Below the pieces are notes generated by a model. The model did not search any database. It had not been told where the DNA came from and saw only the letters and a list, made by a program, of their open reading frames with translations. DNA of 50,391 bases from an uncultured Rubrivivax sp. (GTDB lineage: Bacteria; Pseudomonadota; Gammaproteobacteria; Burkholderiales; Burkholderiaceae_C). The stretch covers positions 1-50,391 of the forward strand of contig CAYTWU010000001.1 of assembly GCA_964442175.1 (NCBI GenBank). The letters run 5' to 3'. A program made the translations under genes and the position numbers. The stretch's first letter is position 1, and the number at the start of each line of letters is the position of its first letter. Positions 29,107 through 39,254 of the stretch are shown piece after piece.

Positions 29107-31053
29107 ATGTGCGGCATCACGGGCATTTTTGATACGCGCGCCTCGCGGCCCATCGCCTACGAGGTGCTGCACCGCATGAACGATGCGCACCTGCACCGCG
29201 GCCCTGACGAGGGCAGCCTGCACATGGAGCCGGGCGTGGGCCTGGGCCACCGCCGGCTGAGCGTGATCGACGTGGCCACGGGCCAGCAGCCGCTATTCAA
29301 CGAAGACCACAGCGTGGTCATCGTCTTCAATGGCGAGATCTACAACTACCAGGACCTGATGGCCGAGCTCAAGGCGCTGGGCCACGTGTTCCGCACCAAG
29401 AGCGACACCGAGGTCATCGTGCACGCCTGGGAGGCCTGGGGCGAGGCCTGCGTCGAACGCTTCCGCGGCATGTTCGCCTTCGGCCTGTGGGACCGCAACC
29501 GCCAGACCTTCTTCCTTGGCCGTGACCGCCTGGGCGTCAAGCCCATGTACTACGCGGTACTGCCGGACGGCATGTTGGTGTTCGGGTCCGAGCTCAAATC
29601 GCTGGTGGCGCACGGCGGGCTGGACAAGAGCATCGACCCGCTGGCCGTGGAGGAGTTCTTTGCGCTGGGCTACGTGCCCGAGCCCCGCACCATCTACCGC
29701 CAGGCGCACAAGCTGGAACCGGGCCACACGCTGTGCATCCGCCGCGGCCAGACCATCCCGCAGCCGCGTGCGTACTGGGATCTGCGCTTCACGCTGGACA
29801 ACCCCATCAGCGAAGCCGATGCGCAGCAGGAGCTGATCGAGCGCCTGCGCGAATCGGTGCGCCTGCGCATGATCGCCGAGGTGCCATTGGGCGCCTTCCT
29901 CTCGGGCGGCGTGGATTCCAGCGCCGTGGTGGCCCTGATGGCCGGGCTGAGCAGCCAGCCGGTCAAGACCTGCAGCATCGCCTTCGACGACCCGCGCTAC
30001 GACGAATCTGCGTTTGCACAGCAGGTGGCGCAGCGCTACAGCACCGACCACCGCACGCAGACGGTGCAGGCCGACGACTTCGCGCTCATCGACGAATTGG
30101 CCCGCCTGTACGACGAGCCCTATGCCGACAGCTCGGCCATCCCCACCTACCGGGTGTGCCAGCTGGCGCGCCAGCACGTGACGGTGGCACTTTCAGGTGA
30201 CGGTGGCGACGAGGCGATGGGCGGCTACCGCCGCCACCGCATGCACGTGGCCGAAGAGCGGGTGCGCGGCCTGCTGCCGCTGGGCCTGCGCCGCGGGGTG
30301 TTCGGGGCGCTGGGCCAGGCCTACCCCAAGGCCGACTGGGCGCCGCGCATGTTCCGCGCCAAGACCACCTTTCAGGCCCTGGCGCGCAGCAGCACCGAGG
30401 CCTACTTCGGCACCATGTCGCTGATGCCCGATGCCGACCGCCAGCGCCTGTACAGCCGCGACCTGAAGCGCGACCTGGGCGGCTACAGTGCGCTGGAAGT
30501 CTTCCAGCGCCATGCCGCCAAGGCCGGCACCGACGACCCGCTGGCTTTCATCCAGTACCTGGACATGAAGACCTACCTGGTGGGCGACATCAACACCAAG
30601 GTCGACCGCGCCTCGATGGCCCACTCGCTGGAGGTGCGCGAACCGCTGATGGACCACCAATTGCTGGAGTGGCTGGGCACACTGCCCTCGTCGCACAAGC
30701 TGCAGGGCGGCATGGGCAAGCGCATGTTCAAGAAGGCGCTGGAGCCGCACCTGCCCAGCGATGTGCTGTACCGGCCCAAACAGGGGTTTTCGGTGCCGCT
30801 GCAGCGCTGGTTCGCCGGCCCGCTGCGCCAGCGCGTGCGCGACACGCTGCAGGGCCAGGCCCTGGCCGACACCGGCCTGTTCGAGCCGCGTGTGCTGCGC
30901 GAGATCGTGCATCAGAACGAAAGCGGCCAGCGCGACCACAGCGTCGTGATCTGGAGCTTCCTGATGTTCGATGCCTTCCTGCGCAATGCGCACCGGGCAC
31001 AGCCCGCTTTGGCGCACGCACGGCAGGCCGTGCCGGCGGCGCTGGCGGCCTGA
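29107..31053 (+). CDS. XrtA/PEP-CTERM-system amidotransferase, asparagine-synthase-like (TIGR03108-like), 648 aa
   Basis: Ntn start MCGI at ATG29107, HRGPD, GHRRLS, SGGVDSS, SGDGGDE, SLEVREP. Confidence 0.9.
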   Translation: MCGITGIFDTRASRPIAYEVLHRMNDAHLHRGPDEGSLHMEPGVGLGHRRLSVIDVATGQQPLFNEDHSVVIVFNGEIYNYQDLMAELKALGHVFRTKSDTEVIVHAWEAWGEACVERFRGMFAFGLWDRNRQTFFLGRDRLGVKPMYYAVLPDGMLVFGSELKSLVAHGGLDKSIDPLAVEEFFALGYVPEPRTIYRQAHKLEPGHTLCIRRGQTIPQPRAYWDLRFTLDNPISEADAQQELIERLRESVRLRMIAEVPLGAFLSGGVDSSAVVALMAGLSSQPVKTCSIAFDDPRYDESAFAQQVAQRYSTDHRTQTVQADDFALIDELARLYDEPYADSSAIPTYRVCQLARQHVTVALSGDGGDEAMGGYRRHRMHVAEERVRGLLPLGLRRGVFGALGQAYPKADWAPRMFRAKTTFQALARSSTEAYFGTMSLMPDADRQRLYSRDLKRDLGGYSALEVFQRHAAKAGTDDPLAFIQYLDMKTYLVGDINTKVDRASMAHSLEVREPLMDHQLLEWLGTLPSSHKLQGGMGKRMFKKALEPHLPSDVLYRPKQGFSVPLQRWFAGPLRQRVRDTLQGQALADTGLFEPRVLREIVHQNESGQRDHSVVIWSFLMFDAFLRNAHRAQPALAHARQAVPAALAA

Positions 31054-31070
31054 GGGGTCGTTCAAGAGCG

Positions 31071-32240
31071 ATGCGCGTCCTCTACCACCACCGCACCGCG
31101 TCGCGTGACGGCCAGGCCGTGCACATCGACGAGATGATCGCGGCGCTGCGTGCGCTGGGCCATGAGGTGGAGGTCGTTGCGCCCGGCGGTGGCGGTGCAG
31201 GCGACGGCAGCATGGGCAGCGAGTCGGGCCTCATCAGCACGCTCAAGCGCGCGCTGCCTCAGGCGGTGTACGAGCTGATGGAACTGGCCTACTCGGCCGT
31301 GGCCTACGCCAAGCTGATGCGCGCGGCGCGCCGCTTCCGGCCCGATGTGATCTACGAGCGCTACAACCTGTTCCTGCTCACCGGCAGCCTGGCCGCGCGC
31401 CGCCTGAAGCTGCCGTTGCTGCTGGAGGTGAACTCGCCGCTGTTCGAGGAGCGCCTCAAACACAGCGGTGGCCTCTCGCTGGAACGCCTGGCGCGCTGGG
31501 CCGAAGGTTTTGTCTGGCGCAGTGCCGATGTGGTGCTGCCCGTCACGCGGGTGCTGGCCGGCCATGTGGTGGCGCGTGGCGTGCCGGAGAGCCGCATCGT
31601 GGTGGTGCCCAACGGCATCAACGAAGACCATTTCCAGTCCGCGCCGGCGCAGGAGTCCGCCAAGCAGGCGCTGGGCCTGCAGGGCCGGCTGGTGCTGGGC
31701 TTCACCGGCTTCGTGCGCGATTGGCACGGTGTGGACCGCGTGGTGGAGTGGATGGCCACCGCCGACGCACCCCGCAATGCGCAGCTGCTGGTGGTGGGCG
31801 ACGGGCCGGTGCGCGCCGAACTGGAAGCCCGTGCCCAGGCCCTGGGGCTGGGCGACCGCGTGCGCTTCACCGGTGTCGTGCACCGCGACCAGGTGCCGGC
31901 CCACGTGGCCGCATTCGACGTGGCGCTTCAACCCGCTGTGACCGCCTATGCTTCGCCGCTGAAGCTGATGGAGTACCTGGTGATGGGCAAGGCCGTGGTG
32001 GCGCCGGACACCCCGAACATCCGCGAGATCCTGGACCACGAACGCAACGCGCTGCTCTTCAGCGAGGGCACGCCCGGCGCCTTGCAGCAGGCGCTCACAC
32101 GGGCCTGTGCCGATGCAGCGCTGCGCCAGCGCCTGGCGCATGAGGCCCGTGCCACCATCGACCGCCTGGGCCTGACCTGGCGCGCCAACGCCGCCCGCGC
32201 CGTGGCCCTGGGCCAGCGCGCCGGGGCCCAGCCGCGCTGA
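31071..32240 (+). CDS. GT4 glycosyltransferase, 389 aa
   Basis: MRVLYHHR.., LEVNSP, VPNG, VGDGP, SPLKLMEY; start reassigned to ATG31071. Confidence 0.85.
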   Translation: MRVLYHHRTASRDGQAVHIDEMIAALRALGHEVEVVAPGGGGAGDGSMGSESGLISTLKRALPQAVYELMELAYSAVAYAKLMRAARRFRPDVIYERYNLFLLTGSLAARRLKLPLLLEVNSPLFEERLKHSGGLSLERLARWAEGFVWRSADVVLPVTRVLAGHVVARGVPESRIVVVPNGINEDHFQSAPAQESAKQALGLQGRLVLGFTGFVRDWHGVDRVVEWMATADAPRNAQLLVVGDGPVRAELEARAQALGLGDRVRFTGVVHRDQVPAHVAAFDVALQPAVTAYASPLKLMEYLVMGKAVVAPDTPNIREILDHERNALLFSEGTPGALQQALTRACADAALRQRLAHEARATIDRLGLTWRANAARAVALGQRAGAQPR

Positions 32241-32254
32241 TCGGTTGCCGACCC

Positions 32255-33460
32255 ATGGCGCGCCCGATCCGCACCCTGTTGTTCAGCACGCTCTACCCGA
32301 GCGTGGTGCGGCCCTCGCACGGCATCTTCGTCGAGACCCGGTTGCGCGAACTGCTGAAGACCGGTGAGGTGGAGACCCGTGTCATCGCCCCGGTGCCCTG
32401 GTTCCCGTTGAAGGCCGAACGCTTTGGCGAATACGGCCAGTTTGCCGCCACGCCGCGCGAAGACACGCGCCACGGTGTGCACGTGCAGTACCCCCGTTAC
32501 CTGCTGCTGCCCAAGGTGGGCATGAACATGGCGCCGGCCAGCATCGCGCGTGCGGCCTGGCCCGCTGTGCAGCGCCTGCTGGCCGAGGGTTTCGACTTCG
32601 ACCTGATCGATGCCCACTACTACTACCCGGATGCTGTGGCCGCAGCGGCCATCGCGCGCCGCCTGGGCAAACCGTTCGTCGTCACCGCGCGCGGGACCGA
32701 CCTGAACCTGATTCCCGAGTACCCCGAGCCACGTCGCCGCATCCTGGAGACCGCCGCTCAGGCATCGGCCTCCATTGGCGTGTGCAAGGCGCTGATGGAC
32801 CGGTTGGCCGAATTGGGCGCCGACCCCGCCAAGCTGCACGTGCTGCGCAACGGCGTGGACCTGGAGCGCTTTCGCCCCGAGCCGATGGCCGACGCACGCG
32901 CAAGGCTGGGGCTGCCCGCCAGTGGCACCGTGCTGCTGGCCGTGGGCCACCTGATCGAGCGCAAGGGCCAGCACATCGCGATCGAAGCCCTGGCGCAGTT
33001 GCCAGACACACTGTTGTGCCTGGTCGGCCGCGGCCCGGAAGAGGCCAACCTGAAGGCCCTGGCCCAGCGCCTGGGTGTGATGGACCGCGTGCGATTTGTC
33101 GGCCCCGTGGACAACGCCGAACTGCGCTGGTGGTACAGCGCGGCCGATGCCTCTCTGTTGTGCAGCAGCCGTGAAGGCTGGGCGAACGTGCTGCTGGAGT
33201 CCATGGCCTGTGGCACGCCGGTGGTGGCCACGGACATCTGGGGCACGCCGGAGGTGGTGGCGGCGCCGGAGGCGGGGGTGTTGATGGGGGAGCGGACGGC
33301 CGGAGCAGCGACGGTGGCTGTTCAGAGGTTGCTGTGCGCAATGCCGTCGCGTCCGTCGGTACGTGCTTATGCGGAACGGTTCTCCTGGGGAGAGACAACC
33401 TCTGGGCAGATCGCCTTGTTCCAGCGCAGTCTTGAACCCGCGTTGCAGCCGGCCCCCTGA
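32255..33460 (+). CDS. GT4 glycosyltransferase (TuaC-like), 401 aa
   Basis: STLYP, DAHYYYPD, TARGTD, NGVD, EGWANVLLESMACGTPVV. Confidence 0.88.
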   Translation: MARPIRTLLFSTLYPSVVRPSHGIFVETRLRELLKTGEVETRVIAPVPWFPLKAERFGEYGQFAATPREDTRHGVHVQYPRYLLLPKVGMNMAPASIARAAWPAVQRLLAEGFDFDLIDAHYYYPDAVAAAAIARRLGKPFVVTARGTDLNLIPEYPEPRRRILETAAQASASIGVCKALMDRLAELGADPAKLHVLRNGVDLERFRPEPMADARARLGLPASGTVLLAVGHLIERKGQHIAIEALAQLPDTLLCLVGRGPEEANLKALAQRLGVMDRVRFVGPVDNAELRWWYSAADASLLCSSREGWANVLLESMACGTPVVATDIWGTPEVVAAPEAGVLMGERTAGAATVAVQRLLCAMPSRPSVRAYAERFSWGETTSGQIALFQRSLEPALQPAP

Positions 33461-33470
33461 AGGCGGTTCC

Positions 33471-33635
33471 ATGATTACCGTCGCCGGCCTCGTCCTTGAC
33501 ATCGTCCTGCTCGCCTGGTTGGGGTGGTGCTGTACCCGCAAGCTCGCACCAGGCGAGCGGCGCAGCCTCGGATTGCTCGATCTCAAGGATGCAGTGCCGT
33601 CGACACCAAGTAAAAGAGAGCGCCAAGTTGCGTGA
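33471..33635 (+). CDS. Small single-TM hypothetical protein, 54 aa
   Basis: MITVAGLVLDIVLLAWLGWCC followed by a basic tail; fills the gap between the GT and the ligase and overlaps the ligase start by 8 nt. Confidence 0.55.
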   Translation: MITVAGLVLDIVLLAWLGWCCTRKLAPGERRSLGLLDLKDAVPSTPSKRERQVA

Positions 33636-34953
33636 CGCTGTCTTTCTCGTGTTCATCTCCGGCCTGGTGGTGCTCGGGCTGCGACATGCGTTCGCCGCTT
33701 ATCTGATGTGGGGCTGGGCGGGTCTGATTGCATTGAACACCTTCATGTACGGCTTCCTGCAAGCGGTGCCCTTCGTCCAAATCTTCGCCTTGATCACCCT
33801 CGTGCTGCTGCTGGTCGGAAAAGACACCGAGATGCTGCGCTTCACTGTGCAGCCGCTGCAGGTGCTGATGGTTCTCTTCGGAGCCCACGCCCTGGCTGCA
33901 GCAATCTTTGCTTTTCCGGGGCTGCCGCGCAACTGGGAGTTGTGTACCAACTTGCTGAAGACGCTGCTCTATTGTCTTTTGATGCCGATGTTTGTCACCA
34001 CCCGGCTCCGAGCGCATGTGATGTTGATTGTCGTGATCTTAGGTCTCGGGTTCCACGGCACCCTGGAGGGCCTGCGATTTATCGCTACCGCGGGCACACA
34101 CATCTCACAAGGCAACGTCAAGATGGGGGACAACAACCACTTCGCGAACTTGCTCGCGATGCTCGTCCCGTTGATTTTTTACCTCGCTGTGTGGAGCCGC
34201 AACCGGCAGGTTCGAGCGGCTTTCCTGGTGATGATGTTGTTGAACGTGCTCGCGCTCATTTCAACTCACTCTCGGGCTGGTCTGGTGGCGCTGGCGATGA
34301 CGGCGATTTGGCTGGTGATTCGTAGTCGTCAAAAGCTGCTGATGTTGACTCTGACGGTGGTGGGCGTCATGGCGCTGATCACATTCGCACCGGAGTCGTG
34401 GTTCAACCGCATGGATACCATCCAGGATGCGGGACAGGACAGCTCTTTTCTCGGCCGGGTGATCGCCTGGAAGCGGGCGAGTGCGATCGCGCTCGACTAC
34501 CCGATCTTCGGGGGAGGTTTCCACTCGGTGCAGTCCACGCCGGTGATGGAACGTTACCTTTTCAACGACGGCTTGCTTGGATTCTTCCCGACCCCGACTC
34601 CGACCTATGCCGCCGCTGCGCACAGCATCTACTTTGAAGTCCTCGGCGACATGGGATTTGTCGGCTTGGCATTGTTTGTGCCGATCATGCTTTCTGTATT
34701 TTTCGATGCGGCCAAGCTAAAGTGGTATGCCCGAAAATTTGGGCCGCAGGTCCACTGGGCCTCGGACATGACGGCCATGATCTCGGTGGCGATGGTCGCC
34801 TACCTGGTTGGCGGAGCGTCTATCAGCGCTGCCTACACAGAGCTCCCTTATGTGATCGTGACACTGTCTTTTGTAGTGCGTCAGATCATCGTGCGTGACC
34901 TGTCAAAGGCGCTCCCCGGAGCATCAAACACGGCCAATTCGGAGGCTCATTGA
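33628..34953 (+). CDS. Putative O-glycosylation ligase, exosortase A-associated (O-antigen ligase/Wzy_C family, TIGR03097-like)
   Basis: Start TTG33628 (MRDAVFL); multi-TM; DNNHFA, THSRAG, GR..AW, AHSIYFEVLG..GFVG. Confidence 0.82.
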   Translation: MRDAVFLVFISGLVVLGLRHAFAAYLMWGWAGLIALNTFMYGFLQAVPFVQIFALITLVLLLVGKDTEMLRFTVQPLQVLMVLFGAHALAAAIFAFPGLPRNWELCTNLLKTLLYCLLMPMFVTTRLRAHVMLIVVILGLGFHGTLEGLRFIATAGTHISQGNVKMGDNNHFANLLAMLVPLIFYLAVWSRNRQVRAAFLVMMLLNVLALISTHSRAGLVALAMTAIWLVIRSRQKLLMLTLTVVGVMALITFAPESWFNRMDTIQDAGQDSSFLGRVIAWKRASAIALDYPIFGGGFHSVQSTPVMERYLFNDGLLGFFPTPTPTYAAAAHSIYFEVLGDMGFVGLALFVPIMLSVFFDAAKLKWYARKFGPQVHWASDMTAMISVAMVAYLVGGASISAAYTELPYVIVTLSFVVRQIIVRDLSKALPGASNTANSEAH

Positions 34954-37073
34954 ATCCCAGAAAAATAGTTCTCGTCGGCGCGGGCAACATCGCGCATACC
35001 CATGCCGCCGTGCTCAAGGAGACGCCAGGTGTGCAATTGCACGGCGTGTTCGATGTCAATCAAGGTCTTGCGAGATCCTTTGCCGCCAGCCTCGGGATCC
35101 CGAATGTGCATGCCACCCTTGATGCGGCCGTGCAAAGCGGGGCCGATGCGGTGCATGTGCTGTCGCCGCCAGATGCACACCTGGCTTCCGCACTGCCCTT
35201 TGTTGAGGCGGGCATGGCAGTTCTGTTGGAGAAGCCGATCGGAGTCAGCAGCGCCGAGTGTGATCGCCTGCGGCGTGCGGCGCAGGCCTCCGGGGCGGTG
35301 ATCGGCGTCAACCAAAACTTCGTCTTCAACCCTGCCTATCTGCGTCTGAAGGCGGCGGTGCGCTCGGGCTCGCTCGGGCGCCCGCGTCACGTCGGCTACG
35401 TGTACGCAGCGCCTCTGCGGCAACTCAGCGCGCGCCAGTTCAGCCATTGGATGTTCCGTCAGCCGATCAACATCTTGCTCGAGCAGGCGGTGCATCCTTT
35501 GTCGCAGATCGCTGACCTGGCTGGTCAACTGGGCGACCTGTCGGTCCTGTCGGAGCCTGCGGTGGAGATTTCGCCCGGTGTTGGGCTCAATACGGCTTTG
35601 CAGGCCTCCATGTCAGGCGCCTGTTTGCCGGCGCATCTGCGTTTCCATGTCGGCTCCAACTTCACCGTCTGCCGTATGACGGTGTTGTGCGATGACGGTG
35701 TTGCAGTGGCCGACATGTTCTCCAACCAGTTCCACACGATCGGCCGCAGCGCTTACATGGAGCCAGTCGACAACTGGCTCTCGGCCAGAGCCACCGCGCG
35801 CCAGATTGCTCGGGACGGCTTTGGTGGCCTGCGTGACTATGCCCTGTCGATGGTCAAGCTTGGGCCGCGCAGCGACCCGTTTTTTCTCGGTATGAAGGGC
35901 AGCATCCAGAGCTTTCATGCCGACCTGGACGCCGCCCGAAGGCCGGCCATCGACCTTGAATTTGGTGCTCATCTGGTCGACACCTGCGAACGGATGGCGG
36001 CGTGTTTCCAGACGCTGCCGGCGCCAGCGACTGTTGACGATGGTGTTGTACCGCCCGTTTCGGACCCGACGGTCGGCAGTGCCGGTACGGTGGCTGTCAT
36101 CGGTGCCACCGGCTTCATCGGCTCGCACACCGTGGCGGCACTGTTGGCCAAAGGTTACGCGGTGCGGGCCATGGCGCGCGGTGTACATAACCTGCAAGCC
36201 GTCTTTTCTGAACCCGGGGTCACCATTTGCCGCGGTGACGTCAAGCGGCAGGACGATGTGGCGCGCTGCATCCAAGGTGCGCAGTGGGTTGTCAACCTGG
36301 CACATGGCGGCGGCGGCGCCGACTTCGCCGCAATCCGAGCCGCGATGGTGGACAGTGCACAGGTGGTGATCGATGCCTGCCGCAATGCGGGTGTCCAGCG
36401 GCTGGTCCATGTCGGTTCGATCTCCAGCCTGTATCTCGGCAACGCTTCCGAGGTCGTGTCTGGCTCGACACCGATCGACCCGTTGCCACACACACGCAAT
36501 GACTATGCGAGGGCCAAGGGTTTGGCGGACGCGGTGGTAACCGACGCCCACGATCCTTCGGGTCTCTCCGTCGTGCTGTTGCGCCCGGGCTTGGTGGTCG
36601 GGGCTGGCACATCGCCCTTTCACGGCGGCCTGGGCTTTTTCAACAACGACCAGCATTGCGTCGGCTGGAATGACGGCCTGAACGAGTTGCCCTGGGTCCT
36701 GGCAGGTGACTGTGCCGATGCGATCGTCCAAGCCCTGAGCGTGCCTGCGGCGTCTGGCAAGGCCTACAACCTGGTGGGTGATGTGCGCCCCAATGCACGC
36801 GAATATCTGCGCGATCTGGCCGAAGTTACCGGGCGCCCGTTACAGTTTTTGCCGATGTCTCCGACCCGGCTGTGGTTGGTCGAAATGGGCAAGTGGCTGA
36901 TCAAGCGGGTGGCTGGCCGTGCTGTGCCACGCCCTTACCGACGGGACATCGTTTCGCGCGGCCTCTGTGCACGATTCGACTGCGGCGATGCCAAACGAGA
37001 CCTCGGCTGGCAGCCACAATCCGATCCCACGGTGTTCCGCCAGCAAGCGCTTGAAGTTCATGCCGGCCACTGA
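34950..37073 (+). CDS. Gfo/Idh/MocA oxidoreductase fused to NAD-dependent epimerase/dehydratase, 707 aa
   Basis: N-terminal VGAGNIA and EKP; C-terminal IGATGFIG, YARAK (YxxxK), LRPG.V.G. Confidence 0.8.
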   Translation: MNPRKIVLVGAGNIAHTHAAVLKETPGVQLHGVFDVNQGLARSFAASLGIPNVHATLDAAVQSGADAVHVLSPPDAHLASALPFVEAGMAVLLEKPIGVSSAECDRLRRAAQASGAVIGVNQNFVFNPAYLRLKAAVRSGSLGRPRHVGYVYAAPLRQLSARQFSHWMFRQPINILLEQAVHPLSQIADLAGQLGDLSVLSEPAVEISPGVGLNTALQASMSGACLPAHLRFHVGSNFTVCRMTVLCDDGVAVADMFSNQFHTIGRSAYMEPVDNWLSARATARQIARDGFGGLRDYALSMVKLGPRSDPFFLGMKGSIQSFHADLDAARRPAIDLEFGAHLVDTCERMAACFQTLPAPATVDDGVVPPVSDPTVGSAGTVAVIGATGFIGSHTVAALLAKGYAVRAMARGVHNLQAVFSEPGVTICRGDVKRQDDVARCIQGAQWVVNLAHGGGGADFAAIRAAMVDSAQVVIDACRNAGVQRLVHVGSISSLYLGNASEVVSGSTPIDPLPHTRNDYARAKGLADAVVTDAHDPSGLSVVLLRPGLVVGAGTSPFHGGLGFFNNDQHCVGWNDGLNELPWVLAGDCADAIVQALSVPAASGKAYNLVGDVRPNAREYLRDLAEVTGRPLQFLPMSPTRLWLVEMGKWLIKRVAGRAVPRPYRRDIVSRGLCARFDCGDAKRDLGWQPQSDPTVFRQQALEVHAGH

Positions 37074-38178
37074 CCACCAGCGGGTTTTGCTGCATGCGTT
37101 CTCCACCTTTCAGGCCGGTGGACCGCAGCTTAGATTTGTCGACCTCGCCAATGCCTTCGGAAGTGAGTTCAAGCACCTGCTGGTCGCCATGGACGGCCGT
37201 TTCGATGCCGCCGAGCGGCTGGCTCCAGGGGTGAACTTCAAGATTCTCTCGCTGGCCGCGGCGCGTGGCGGTGCGTTGGCGAACAGGGGCCGTTGTCGTG
37301 CGCTGCTGGACCTGCATCGGCCCGATATGCTGCTGAGCTACAACTGGGGCGCCGTGGAGTGGATCGCCGCTAACCTGCCGCAGCGGATGCCCCAAGTGCA
37401 CATTGAAGACGGCTTCCGGCCGGATGAGGCCATGGGTCAACTGCGGCGCCGCATGTGGGCAAGGCGGCTGCTGTTTTTGGCGTCGGGGGTGCGCTTGCTG
37501 GTACCCTCGCAGCGGCTGCGCGACGTAGCGGCGACTTGGTGGGTGCCGTCGGCCCGTTTGCGTCTGGTGCCAAATGGTGTCGAGGTGCCCGCTGAGCGCG
37601 ATGCAGCCCCTGCGCCACAGCCAGGTGAGCGCCCGGTCGTCATCGGCACAGTGGCCGCGCTGCGGGCAGAGAAGAACATCCCGCGCCTGCTGCGGGCGGT
37701 GGCAGCACTGCGCAACGAATTTGATCTGCGGCTGCTGATCGTCGGTGATGGGGAGGAAAGGCCCCGGCTGGAATCGCTGGCGCATGAACTGGGGCTGAAC
37801 GACATCACGGAGTTCGCCGGCTACTGCGCAGCGCCCGCTCAGATGCTGCAGAGGATGGACCTGTTTGCCCTGACGTCGGACACTGAACAACTGCCGATCG
37901 CGATGCTGGAGGCCATGGCACAGGCGCTGCCGGTGGTCGCCACGCGGGTTGGCGATGTGCCGCGGGTGATGCCGCCAGAAGCGGTACAAGCGCTGTGCGA
38001 GCCCGATGACCAAGCTTTTGCGCAGACTCTGGCGGCAGTACTGCACGACAGGGCGCGATGGCAGGGCTGGGCCAGCGCAGGGCAGGCGTTGGTGCGTCGC
38101 CGCTACGGGCGCGACCGCATGCTGGCGGAATGGCTGACGGTATTCCGCGGCCAATGGCCAGAGGCACAGCAGTCATGA
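37060..38178 (+). CDS. GT4 glycosyltransferase (TIGR03088/stp2-like), 372 aa
   Basis: Start ATG37060; GG..RF, VPNGV, VAALRAEKN, EQLPIAMLEAMA..LPVVATRVG. Confidence 0.82.
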   Translation: MPATDHQRVLLHAFSTFQAGGPQLRFVDLANAFGSEFKHLLVAMDGRFDAAERLAPGVNFKILSLAAARGGALANRGRCRALLDLHRPDMLLSYNWGAVEWIAANLPQRMPQVHIEDGFRPDEAMGQLRRRMWARRLLFLASGVRLLVPSQRLRDVAATWWVPSARLRLVPNGVEVPAERDAAPAPQPGERPVVIGTVAALRAEKNIPRLLRAVAALRNEFDLRLLIVGDGEERPRLESLAHELGLNDITEFAGYCAAPAQMLQRMDLFALTSDTEQLPIAMLEAMAQALPVVATRVGDVPRVMPPEAVQALCEPDDQAFAQTLAAVLHDRARWQGWASAGQALVRRRYGRDRMLAEWLTVFRGQWPEAQQS

Positions 38179-38203
38179 CCGAATTCGATGGTGACGATGG
38201 TGG

Positions 38204-39223
38204 ATGATCGCGATGCCTGTTGAATCTGTCGCCGCAACCATGCTGGATGGTTTGTTGCGCAAGGCTGGTGCTTTGATGTCACCCGCGGGTGTTGCGGGTC
38301 GACTGACCATCCTGTCGTTCCACAAGATCCTCCGGCAATCGTCGCCGACGAGCCCCGGGGAACTGGACCAGACGCAGTTCTCGCAGATCATCGACATTCT
38401 GACCGGCGTTGGACAGGTGGTCCCGCTCCAGGATGCTGTTCAGGGCCTGCGGGACGCATCGTTGCCGCAACGGGCCATGGTGCTCACCTTCGACGACGGG
38501 TACGTGGATTGGTTGGACACGGCCTGCCAAATTCTGCTGGACAGAAAGTTGCCAGCCACCTTTTTCCTCAGCACCGAACAGATCAACGGGCGCGCCCACT
38601 GGCATGAACGGGTGGCCTGGGCTGTGCATGCCATGAACCCCGACACCGAGTCTCTGTCGTTCAGACCAGTGCGACGCGTGCGTTTGCACACACTGCCCGA
38701 ACGCCTGCGCCTGATCGGCGAACTGCAGGAAGAGCTGAAGTATCTGCCGTTGCTGGAGCGCGACCGGGCCATCGACAGTCTGGAAGACCTGGCGCAGTCC
38801 CCTGTGCCGCAACCGCATGTCCTGGGGCCGGCTTCTGTACGCGAGATCGCGGCCATGGGATTCGAGATCGGGGCGCACACCCACCGGCACCCGATCTTGA
38901 ACTGCTGTACCGACGACGAAGCTTGGAACGAGATCATGCTGCCCAAGGCTGAACTGGAAGGCCTCATCGGCCGGCAGGTGTCGGCATTTGCCTATCCCAA
39001 TGGTCGGCCTACCACCGACTTCTCAGCCCGTCATGTCGGCATGGTCCGCCAGGCGGGCTACCGTTGTGCGGTCACGACTGCATTGGGTGCAGCCCGGGTG
39101 GGCGACGATGCCTTCCAGCTGCCAAGGATTGCGCCCTGGACCACCAGTGGTCCACGCCTGCTTTCACAACTCGCCGGGAATCTGATGCGTCGCTCCGATT
39201 CATTCACGATGGCAACGCCATGA
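38204..39223 (+). CDS. Polysaccharide deacetylase (NodB/CE4 family)
   Basis: LTFDDGY, GAHTHRHP, FAYPNG. Confidence 0.85.
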   Translation: MIAMPVESVAATMLDGLLRKAGALMSPAGVAGRLTILSFHKILRQSSPTSPGELDQTQFSQIIDILTGVGQVVPLQDAVQGLRDASLPQRAMVLTFDDGYVDWLDTACQILLDRKLPATFFLSTEQINGRAHWHERVAWAVHAMNPDTESLSFRPVRRVRLHTLPERLRLIGELQEELKYLPLLERDRAIDSLEDLAQSPVPQPHVLGPASVREIAAMGFEIGAHTHRHPILNCCTDDEAWNEIMLPKAELEGLIGRQVSAFAYPNGRPTTDFSARHVGMVRQAGYRCAVTTALGAARVGDDAFQLPRIAPWTTSGPRLLSQLAGNLMRRSDSFTMATP

Positions 39224-39254
39224 TGCCGAGAAGCAAGCGCAGGAGCCACTCCTT

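Noticed and set aside
29107..31053. AsnB homolog as a lasso cyclase partnering the RRE/kinase/NTase
   Set aside because: It keeps the N-terminal Cys glutaminase domain, sits at the usual EPS amidotransferase position 18 kb away, and no B2 peptidase or lasso precursor is visible.
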